Positions 13,590 to 23,442 of a stretch of 64,000 nucleotides of DNA are shown here, in pieces. The notes under the pieces were generated by a model. The model did no database searches, had not been told where the DNA came from, and saw nothing but the letters and a program-made list of their open reading frames with translations. Numbering within the stretch: the stretch's first letter is position 1; each line of letters begins with the position of its first letter. The stretch spans positions 26,708,225 to 26,772,224 of the forward strand of contig CM120640.1 of assembly GCA_051362555.1 (NCBI GenBank), read 5' to 3'. A program made the translations under genes and the position numbers. This DNA is from Lingula anatina (Eukaryota > Animalia > Brachiopoda).

Positions 13590-15185
13590 TCACTACGGAG
13601 TCACGTGAGAGAGACTGCATGCCAGCTCTGGTCATTCTGCCGCTAGTTCAGCAACTGGTCGGAAGTGTTTCTCACACTGCTCACGGGGCAGTGTTGACAC
13701 TTGATATAAAACAGCTGTAGCCACACCCTCACGGCGGGAGTTTCCACGGGAAACTGCTGCAGTGTTAGTTCTGTGCCTCACACAAGTTTGTGCACAATGG
13801 CTACTGAGAGTAGTGAAAATCACTCAAATGATCTTGAAAATATGAAAGAATCAATGGCTGTCATGGCAAGGGCAGTGGAAGCATTAAGTAATGCTTTCAC
13901 TGCAAAGGAAGAGCCCTTGCGAAAGAAACAAAAAGTTGAAATAGACAGGCCAGAGTCTTCCTCTGATAGTGAGGAAAGCGAAAGCAATGTTTCAGAATAT
14001 GACATTGAAGTTCTCCTGAAACAGAAAAATGCACCAGAAGAAGAACAGGCAGGTGCATCATATCAATTGCTTGAGGAAATAGAGTCCTCTCTTGATGAAA
14101 ATGAACAGTGTGGCCCTGCAATTGATGGGAAAATAGCGGGCATTATCAATAAGCACTTCACGAAACAACTACCAAGAGATCTCCTCCTGAAAAAACAGGA
14201 AAATTATGAGAGGCCACGCAATTGTGATAAGGTAATAGTGCCCAGGGTTAATGCAGAGGTTTGGCGGCAACTCAATCCTTTGCAAAGGAAAAAAGACAAA
14301 AGAATGGCCAATGTGCAAACAACCCTCGTCAAGGCTGCTAATGCTGTGAGGCAGTTGACAAATGAAGTTTTCACCAACATGGCAACACCACAAAATCTGG
14401 ATGCGCCTACACTTCTTAAGAAGGCAGTTGATGCCATTGCATTAATGGGACATGCATCCTACGATTTATCGCTTAAAAGACGGGAGATGATGCAACCAAA
14501 ATTGGCCATGCTGCTTGCTTTAGTGTCAGGACAAAGATGTCAATCTAAACACTTGATGGATTTAGATTCAATGTACAAATCACCTGGTGGTGTCAGTTTT
14601 GTTATAGATAAAATTGTAAAACAATCTAGGCCATCAAAAAATCAGCCTGTTATTCATGTGAATTTTTTTGCTGACAATAGTCAAATTTGTGTGTTGTCTG
14701 CTTTAGCAGAATATTTAGATAGAACTAGATTGCTTAGGCATTCTGGCTGTTCACAGTTGTTTATTAGTTACACTAGACCTTATGAACCTGTTAGTAAAGA
14801 TACAATTTTAAGGTGGATTAAGGCAGTCATGTTTAAAGCTGGAATAGATAGAAATATTTTCAAATCACACAGCACAAGAGTTGCTTCAACAAGTAAAGCT
14901 TTTGCAGCTAAAGTACCTCTTGCAACAGTGATTAGGACAGCAGGATGGTCAAACAGTAGCACATTTGCTAAGTTTTATGACAGAAGCACAAGGGATACTT
15001 GTGATTTTGGTTCTATTTTACATGACATTGGAAATTAATGTGTTCTTGATGACATTACATGTATGACAAATTGTGTTATGTGTTGTAGTCCTTTGTTTAG
15101 GACTAATAAAAGTTTAGATCTATAATTGCTTATGTTCGTGTTCATGTCAGCTTCGAAGTCTCAATAGTTCATGAAATCCACTACA
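13590..15185 (+). mobile_element. DIRS-like element B, internally deleted, gag fused to tyrosine recombinase
   Basis: Left-end-like motif CACTACGGAGTCACGTGAGAGAG at 13591, one long ORF, AATAAA at about 15105, and a remnant GCTTCGAAGTCTCA..ATAGTTCATGAAATC at about 15150 resembling DIRS 3' complementary regions. Boundaries approximate. Confidence 0.75.
13797..15038 (+). CDS. Intact 413-aa chimeric ORF: DIRS Gag-like N-terminus plus tyrosine recombinase catalytic domain
   Basis: First ATG at 13797. Gag motifs YERPRNC..VPRVNAEVW..D.RMANVQ..L.K...DAIALMGHASYDLSLKRRE run to about 14498. Then KLAMLLALVSGQRCQ (R), KQSRP (K), HSTR (HxxR), AGW (W) and TFAKFY (Y). No stops or frameshifts. Confidence 0.85.
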   Translation: MATESSENHSNDLENMKESMAVMARAVEALSNAFTAKEEPLRKKQKVEIDRPESSSDSEESESNVSEYDIEVLLKQKNAPEEEQAGASYQLLEEIESSLDENEQCGPAIDGKIAGIINKHFTKQLPRDLLLKKQENYERPRNCDKVIVPRVNAEVWRQLNPLQRKKDKRMANVQTTLVKAANAVRQLTNEVFTNMATPQNLDAPTLLKKAVDAIALMGHASYDLSLKRREMMQPKLAMLLALVSGQRCQSKHLMDLDSMYKSPGGVSFVIDKIVKQSRPSKNQPVIHVNFFADNSQICVLSALAEYLDRTRLLRHSGCSQLFISYTRPYEPVSKDTILRWIKAVMFKAGIDRNIFKSHSTRVASTSKAFAAKVPLATVIRTAGWSNSSTFAKFYDRSTRDTCDFGSILHDIGN

Positions 15186-15479
15186 CAAAATTTTTAAACT
15201 GTGGGTCATTTCCCTAAGAAAACCTCTGAGGTTTGTTATTGCTTTGTGATGTGTGGAGGCAAGATTACAGCTGAAGCCAAGGGAAGGCAGCAACAATCCA
15301 AGAGTTGTGAGGGCTGCATGGAAGTAACATCTTTTGACATTTTCTTCTCACAGTGTTAAGATGATGAGAATATTAAAAGGCCTCGGAAGAAACAGAAGTC
15401 TACTGGTAAAACCATCAGAGTTCTTTCACTACCAACAGCCCTTCTAAAGGCCATTTAAGAGTAGAGAAAAGGTTACCAA

Positions 15480-16190
15480 AATATTGACAAGATTACAAAA
15501 CGTAACATCAAGATTTTAGGGAATGCCTCCTTGGCAAGTAGACTGACGAAACACATCACCCATTAAATGGGTCTTAGAGCAATGTGACCTTCAGCTGCCA
15601 GTGTCTGTGGACAATATCTGTCAACAGGCATTGGTCCAGGCAAAGGAAAAGGAACTGGATTTCAAGGCATCCCAGGAATGGGTGTCGCAAGTTGTGGAAA
15701 GGCAAGGACCATCTTTAAGAGCAAAGACTTCGGAAAGCCAAGTATTCCCCAAAAACCTAGAGGACAGGTTGGAAGTGTTCTACACTCACCTGCATGAGAA
15801 GAGAGGAGATGAAGAGTATGAGGACGAGTTCACAGTACACATGGATGAAGAAATTAGTTATTGTATTTTCTTTTTACAAATTATCAAATAGTTTAATTTC
15901 ACTAGTCTGTACTCAACCCTGAGCAAGGAATTATCTTGAGTTAGCTCAAGTGGCTGGCAATTTAGATTAAGACATTGTGTACACTAAAGTGGTTAACTAA
16001 ACGCAGCAAACTTATAATGATTTCATTTACAAAAAGGGAGATGCTTTAATGGCTGTGCTAACACATTAATCAGATACTCGTTGACTACATGTACTTTAAA
16101 TTTTTAATCATTTTGCCAATGATTTTTGACAAAGTACCGGCTAAGACGCCTCGCATGAAAGGAGAAAAAGATCAAAGATCAAAACCAAAA
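15480..16190 (+). pseudogene. pogo/Tigger-like transposase remnant
   Basis: CENP-B-type HTH (WVLEQ...PVSVDNI..QA...DFKASQEWV...R..SLRAKT..SQ..P) to MDE at 15849, resuming at 16116 with PMIFD..P.KT...KGEK. The rest of the DDE domain is absent. Confidence 0.75.
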
Positions 16191-16798
16191 AAAAAAAGAA
16201 AAAAATGTCACATCTATGGAAACAGGTTTGGCAGTATTCCCAAAGAAACAGTTCCTTATCTGAGACAGTTATGAATGAGCAAATAGATATTTCAAGCACT
16301 GTGACATTTTCAAATGTGCAGGTATACCAGAAGCACTTCTTAGTCAAGTTTTGCCTCAAAAATAATTTAAATTTTTTAAATTCTTACCATCTTGTTATAT
16401 TGATTAGGTAAGTCACGATGCGTGAGGGTATGTGAGAATGGACTGAAGTATGAGTCCGATTTTTACAATATCTGAATACACGAAAAATAACAGTTTCAAT
16501 CAGTCTTATGCAAAGCAGCTTATATATTATTGATATCACATTTTTGGCTTGTAAATCAGGCAATATACCACTAGATCAAATTAGTGATAAAAATTTCCAA
16601 TAAAAATATCCATCACTGTTAAAATTGCAACAGTTAATTCCCAAGTATCTTTAAGTCCAATAGAAGGAAGAAATAACTTTAACTAAAGTGTAGAAAGTAC
16701 ATATCAATGTGCCTTGAACAGCTAGAGTGGTATTAATAAGCACAAGGTCAAAGAATACCACACCTCATTTACTTCAAGTAAAACTAGACTGCCAATGT

Positions 16799-19700
16799 TC
16801 ATTTCTGTTTGAGCCATAAAAACCAAGTGTGGTTGAAGTCCCTTGCACACTGTATTGGATCTGTATCTAAGATCAGAATGGACTGTTTACTGTCTTCTAG
16901 GGGTTTACACTCCTCTTTTTCTTTCTTGTACACATCCTGGCTTAGGAACTGTTCAAAAAAGCATTAAATTAAATCCTTTCAGTATTCTTTACATTAAATT
17001 CAAGTCAATTTTTTTTGCAAAAAGATAAATGTTAAATAAGGAAAGGCAATTGCTGAAAAGTTCTGTGTAGAAGTTTCCAAACTGTTCATTTCAAACAAGT
17101 AATAAATCAGTTTTTCTTCAGTTTATCATGGCAAAAACTGATGTTTAATAAGAAATGTCTTACTTTCACGGCATAATCCATTTGTTCCTGTGAAACATCT
17201 AATGATTTCAATTTCTGACATATCTGAAATATAGGTAAATAAATAAATCAATATATGGAAATATCACAATGACAAGGAACGAGAACATCTCTAGGTGGTA
17301 AAAATATAAAATTTAATTATGAAAGATGGGTAAAAAGACATGAAATCTACAACAATTAATTACCTCTACCAAAAGTTCCTTGTGTTTCTCTTTTCCAAAT
17401 GAGGCAACAGCGGTCTGTACACTTTGCAAAAGCAATCTGGAATATATTTGTGAGATGATGCATCTTTAATCAAAAGTTCACTAACTTGGTTTATTGCTGA
17501 GACTTGCAGATATCTAGTATCTCAGTGGTTGCCGCTCACTTTTTAAAGCATAGAGTATTTCAAATATTTGGTCAGTAAAGAAATGTGCACTGTCAAAATT
17601 GTCAACAATGTTTTGGGAAATTTTGCACAACATATTTAATTTCTCTTCAACATGCTACAAATGTAGGCACTGTCGTCAATAAAAAAAACATGTATTAAGA
17701 GTTGTACTGAAAGCACACAAAAAGTTATAATCTTATTCATTTCTTAGAATCATTTTAAGGATAAGAGAAATAGATTAATACTTATTTTTACCATTTGTGG
17801 AAAATTCAGTGATTTAGAATAATTTTGTAAGAAATATTTGTATTTCATTGAGGAGTTTAGAGAAAAGCCTGCATTTCACACATGTAAAAGAAGCTTTATA
17901 TTGTATTACCTCAAATGATTAATCTTGCTACAAATATGAGTTGTAAAAAATTAAGCCAATAAATCCTAAATTATAAAAGAGCAGTTAAAAACTCTGGTTG
18001 TTCTCAAACATGTAAGCTGTCTACTCCACATTTGAACAACCACAAAAAATACATGTTTAACACTATATATGCTGAAACTCTCTAATAGCAAGTTTCATAC
18101 CTGGCTCTGATAAGGCAAACGGCTATGACCATGTCAGTCTTCACACTTGGCAGCAGACATTTTGTGAGGTTACAAAAACATTTACACTCACAAATCCCTT
18201 GATCACCAGAAGAAAAACAGCTTGTGCAATAGTTTGTATTATGAATTTTTGCCACTTCTGGAATTATGTCTTTGCTGACTTTCATTGTAGCAGACCTGTT
18301 TTTTGTTATGATAATTCCTAAACACAGGGGGCAGTGTATACATCTTCCCTCCACCTGTAATGATAAGCCACTGCCAACTGTTTCTGTCAAAACATTAGAA
18401 GTAATGTCTGAGGCACCTCTCTCACTAATGCTCCTTTCAGCAGTTTCTGAGTTGAACTGGTTGTGACAGACACATGCCTCATTTTTGTTTCCTGCTGCCA
18501 ATTTTAAATTGTCACTTTCACTTTCACTTTCTTGAGACTGTTTGATTCTGAAGACCTCAGCCAACTCTATCCAAAGATGATGGTTGTATGGATGAAGACT
18601 CAGGAGTTTTTCCAAGACAATAAGTTCACCTAAAGAGAGAGAGCCCTTAATTATACTGTTCAAAAAAGGTTAATACCTTTTCATACTGTGCATTACATCT
18701 TAGGGTTCAATATGCAGTGTACATTCCAAACAAAGTTAACTGTAGAGCAGTGAGGCCTCCCTTTAGTCGATTTTCTTACATAAATAGCTGGGCAACTTAG
18801 TTGCCAATCTCTCACAATATACTGCCAATGGAATGCTACAATATAAAGATCTACGTGAAAAAGCTTTTAATCATCATTTTTAAGTTTTGCATAATATACA
18901 TTACCAGATGTATTCCCAAACTGATGGTGAATTGATTTCAAAAGATTCAATATAACTGTTTGCTGCTCAAAATTGGTTCCTTCATCTCTCTAGAAAAAAA
19001 AAAAAACAGAAGTACAATTGCATGGACACAAGTAAGTTTGGTATGTGTTAATCTTGTACTGATATGATTGTTCACTAATAATGTTCGATGCCTGACTATA
19101 AAAGTTATAAAGCTGAAGGAATGAAAATACAAGCTAAAAAGTTTCACTATGTAGCTACATTTTTTGACTGCTCTTATCAAAGGTTAGTAAAACCATGTCC
19201 CCTGAATACTAACCAACAAGTGTGCATACTTCAGAGCTTCATTCTCATGCCCCAAAGCAATGTGACAGCATGATATACACTCTAAGAGGTCACGCTTAAC
19301 AGTTGCATTGCCCTTAGGCAAGATACCTATTGAATTAAAAAAATTGAAGCAAAATGGTGATAACAATAAGTTGTGTATAGAGTTGTCTTTAGTGTCACAG
19401 ACTCTTAAATTGCTCAATGTCTGTACTTACAAACAAATATAAAAGTTACTATATTCTGAAACATGACAAACTTAGACTAGCAAATGAGCATGGGCTTACG
19501 GAGATGTTAGGACAAAATATAGAGTTCAAAATACAAAATCAATCATAACCTATACAATGTTCAAAGTACACCTGCGTAATTAATAAAAATATGTGCATGC
19601 CATTAAATAAATTAATACTGCCAAAATGCATCATTTACAATTACTACAGCACACCTGCAAAATGTTTTAATTTTTAAATACAAACAAGAACTTTGAAGCT

Positions 19701-20989
19701 GTTCATTTTTTTATATACTTGACAATCATAAATTCATCAGACACTATTCCATGTAATACCTAAGGCTTGTTGGTATTTCCTTGCTGCTCCTTCATGGTCT
19801 TTGTTGTAATACAACCAGTCTCCCTGGGACTTGTACAACTGCATCTGCTCTTGATCTTTGTCCAACCCCTCTGGATCTGCATCTACAAACCACTGCATAT
19901 AAAACAAGTTCAAGTTGAAAATCTTATCATCATCTTATTTTTAAATAAGTCAGCAAACACCTACTTACATCAAGTCTGTATCATACTGATTAAATATATT
20001 TTCATTATAATTTCAAAAGTGTGTATCACCAGAAAATCCTGACCAGACACTGATTAGACCCCTTAATTTATGGGGTCATTCCCAATGAAACTATCGATCT
20101 ACACAGATCCACCCAAATGCCGCAGGGACTCCCACTGAATGTGCACAGTCAATTTAACTTAAAATAAATAATAATATGTCTTATGTTTAATGGACTAACA
20201 CGCCACCTCCTGCCGTTGAGTAGAATACAGAAAACCTGGTGGTTACAAGAATGCGTTGGAAAAGGTGTTTCTGTAGTGTATCAAAACAACTAGATTGTTA
20301 GATTTATTAATATTTTTTATTCTAAATCCAAGAAGTACCTCTCTGTTGCTGTGCTCAGAAAATGTAGTCAGTAGAGTCTGATGACAGCAGAATTGATCAA
20401 CTGACACTAGGCTGTTCCTGTCTTGTGTGTCCAATGGATGGTAGAAGTGAAGTGAGCAGAGTAGTGGAGGGTTTATATACTGTAACCTGGTGGTAGAGTG
20501 TCATCAGGTAAAACTGAACACCATAATACAGCTAGGTAACATAAGCACTCAGTGAAAACTACTCAGTATACTAGCACAACAGGAAAGTGCCTTCATGCAG
20601 AAGGGTACACTAGTGTTAATCTGTTAAACTGACTGCATTCAGCAAGAGTCCCCGCACAGTTAGATCGATATACGTAGACCGATAATTTAAATTAGCCCCA
20701 AGTAATGAGTAGAGATGATGAGAAACATATATGGAAGATGTATTTCAGTAGATCTTTCTTGCTGACCTGAAGTAGGTATTAGACAAGACGCAGGTGTCAC
20801 GAGTATTTAAGCAGTCTGCCTTGTATAATGTACAATGCAAGATTTGGTAGCGACATATTAATTAATCTGATAAACACTTACAAGTGGCTCCCGAATACTG
20901 CAATTCTTTTCATCTTCAATCACTTTTTGAAGTCTTGACTCGTCAGCGACTTCAAACAAAGAATCATCAAACTTTGCTCCAATATCCAT
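16799..20989 (-). CDS. C8orf76: C8orf76 homologue (TPR-like uncharacterised protein), 8 coding exons
   Basis: Minus-strand exons 20989-20882, 19892-19760, 19326-19214, 18989-18905, 18629-18101, 17436-17364, 17223-17164, 16948-16799, GT-AG and in frame. Motifs FDDSLFE, EPLWF, GDWLYY, KRDLLECISCC...LGH, LEKLLSLHPYN..LW.ELAE, LIRARLLLQ and F..TWF resemble human C8orf76 as recalled. Confidence 0.85.
20071..20700. mobile_element. Old MITE-like element with about 80-bp degenerate inverted repeats in C8orf76 intron 1
   Basis: Left TGGGG..TATCGATCTAC..GCAGGGACTCCCACTGAATG..CAGTCAATTTAAC versus right (reverse complement) TGGGG..TATCGGTCTAC..GCGGGGACTCTTGCTGAATGCAGTCAGTTTAAC. Confidence 0.55.
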
Positions 20990-22368
20990 CTCAAACAAAC
21001 TAAAACGAAATATCTTCAATGCTCAAGGTTGAAAAAACTCTTAATTTTTTTCCAGTGTTGGTGGAGCACAAAAGGAGGCAAACCCCAGCGGACTGAGACC
21101 CTGCTCTCCTCCAGCTGCTAATCGCACGCCTGAAATATTTTAACTGGGTCAAGTATAGTTTTCAAACTCCCCACCAGGGCTGATTATTATCCGGTCAGTC
21201 TTGGTTCAGCTGTCTGCTTTCAATCATGACTGAGGTGCCTTTAAAATTAACGCACTCACGTATCCCCCCCCCCCCCCCCCCCCTCACCAAAGTATGTAGG
21301 TCCTTATATATGTTGCTAAGAAAAGGTGCACCGGAAAACTCAACCGAGACAGCATAAGTAATTTGAAAACATGGGATGGTTATTGCTAACGTGCAACGAG
21401 TTGTCTTTATTTTCGGGAAAATGTATAAAATTGTAATTTAAGCATTGTTGTAGAACTAAATGTTAGATGATACATAATTTCTCTTTTATAACGCTTTACA
21501 CTAACTATAAATAACATTTCGAATACCTGTCTTTTCATGCCCAAAGAATACAGTATATACAGAATAAATTGTTAATTAAGTTTTTTAGGAGCACCTGAAA
21601 AGACTTTTGCTGGGATAACATTAACAATGATAGTGACCAGTCATTTAGTCAGGACCCATCCTGTTCGGCCCATGACTAATTTTACTGATCAAATTCTTAA
21701 TTGATATTGATTAAGCGGGTTTACAGTCTCTAAAATGAATAGCAATCTATTTTTCAAAAAAGCAACATTTGCTTTTTATTATTTTATAAAATCTTTGACA
21801 AATAGTTTTTTGGGGTCTTTATATTTTGTTAGTCTTTCTATATACATGGTGTTAACTGAACGCACACAAGATTTTTTTGTCAATTTTATTATTATATTAC
21901 ATAACACTTAACAGCATGATAAAATGTACCTGCCATTTTTTTAATGATGTACTCCTGTTACCGCAGATATTCAGAAAATCCAAATAGCAGTCCAATGGAA
22001 GTTTTAAGTCACACCTTAAAAGTACTTACTGTATGTGTGAAAAAATGAAAAATTTACAAAAAATAAAGATAATAATAATATACTGTATAAAATCGAGAAA
22101 AAATTGGTCAATGAAGCTGCTATTAAAATTGGATCTGTAGTTTGTTGGTATGATTTACTCCAGTAAGTTGGAGGAGGATAATAAGTCACACTGTTATCCA
22201 TTTACTGTGTTTGCAGTAAAAAGTGCATGGCGACAATAGCAGTGATGACAGGTGCAGATAAGGTTGTGCCTTCAGATATGTAAAGTCACATGTAGAGAAC
22301 TTGCCAGAGATATTTAATGAAAAACACAAACTATAACTTATCAATTGGTTATGTTTCTTCTACTTGAT

Positions 22369-23220
22369 TTAACTACCAGTAGCTGAAGAATGCATTGATC
22401 TGTGTATTCGTGATTGAATTTGTCTTCCAAATTCTTCATGCATTTCCAAGAATGTTCTGGGTCGTTTTAAATAAACATCAGTCTTTGGCCTGCTTATGTC
22501 GTTACTCGTCAGTGGCATTGGTACGTGGAACTCACTTGCAGTCACAGCTCTGGGTTTTCTAGGTGGGGCAACAGGAGCTGAATCAGACCTGTCTTTTGAC
22601 TTGGACAAAAATTCCGAGGTTGGGTTAAAAGGTCGTGCACCAAATTCATCCACTGGGGATAACTCTTGATTGAACGGATTAAACCTTTTAGCTGATGCAG
22701 TTTCATAGTTTGATGCTGCTGCTTGGTTATTTTCTCCACCAAAATCTATTAGCGAGCCGACAGCCACTGCAGGAGCTGACGAGCGTTTAGGTATCACCTC
22801 TAAAGACGAAGCATCTGGAGTCCTATTTAATTCTTCCAGCTGTCTGTTTAGTTCAGCCACCATCAGTTTCATGTATTCATACCCTGCACTTGTGATTGCT
22901 TTCATCCAACTCTCCATCTCTTCCTGACTCTCTGCCTGTAGCACGTAAGTCCTGCAACCTGGGCCTTGGAAAGAAATACCGAAGGTAAACGTGTCCGAAA
23001 ATTCTGGGGATAATTCAACTGTACAGCCTTCAAGAATAATTAAACCGACAGGTTCTCGGTCTCCTTTCTTCTCAAAATAAAATAGCAGGTTGCCTTTTAG
23101 CACAAACCATCGTTTCTGAAACCCTTTGTTGATTTCTCCTTTCTTCATCAAGTATCCATCCTTATCAACAGGCGAGTTACAGGTCGCATATGACACTAAA
23201 TTCCTTTCGTTGAGCCGCAT
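22369..23220 (-). CDS. PHETA1: Sesquipedalian / IPIP27 / FAM109 PH-domain endocytic adaptor, single coding exon
   Basis: 283 aa. PH domain DKDGYLMKKGEINKGFQKRWFVLKGNLLFYFE...W, short coiled coil, and C-terminal F&H OCRL-binding motif FLEMHEEFG. Likely co-orthologue of PHETA1/2. Confidence 0.93.
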   Translation of the reverse strand: MRLNERNLVSYATCNSPVDKDGYLMKKGEINKGFQKRWFVLKGNLLFYFEKKGDREPVGLIILEGCTVELSPEFSDTFTFGISFQGPGCRTYVLQAESQEEMESWMKAITSAGYEYMKLMVAELNRQLEELNRTPDASSLEVIPKRSSAPAVAVGSLIDFGGENNQAAASNYETASAKRFNPFNQELSPVDEFGARPFNPTSEFLSKSKDRSDSAPVAPPRKPRAVTASEFHVPMPLTSNDISRPKTDVYLKRPRTFLEMHEEFGRQIQSRIHRSMHSSATGS

Positions 23221-23442
23221 CTGGATCGATAAAGTTAAAGTACAAAGGTAAAAATAATAGAAAAATCTTTTCCTGACGTCTTAGTTTTCAGCTAAGAGCA
23301 AACTCGAGGGCTTTTACACAGAAAAACTTAATTGAACATTTACTACTTCCCCATTTTCTGTCCCAGCGGAAGTGGAAGTCTTTTGTAAATGGAGTCTGTT
23401 TAAAGAAAAACTAAAAGTGCATTGGCCGACAGCAACGATACG
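23221..23442. promoter_or_regulatory. Bidirectional promoter PHETA/ACADS with tandem ETS-like sites
   Basis: 222 bp between divergent ATGs; GCGGAAGTGGAAGT at about 23366-23379; ATTGG (CCAAT box) at 23421. Confidence 0.65.

Noticed and set aside
13797-15038. Phage integrase, Crypton or bacterial contamination
   Set aside because: The gag, RNase H and MT context and the DIRS-type KL..LLAL..G.R and HSTR motifs point to a DIRS retroelement embedded between intron-rich host genes.
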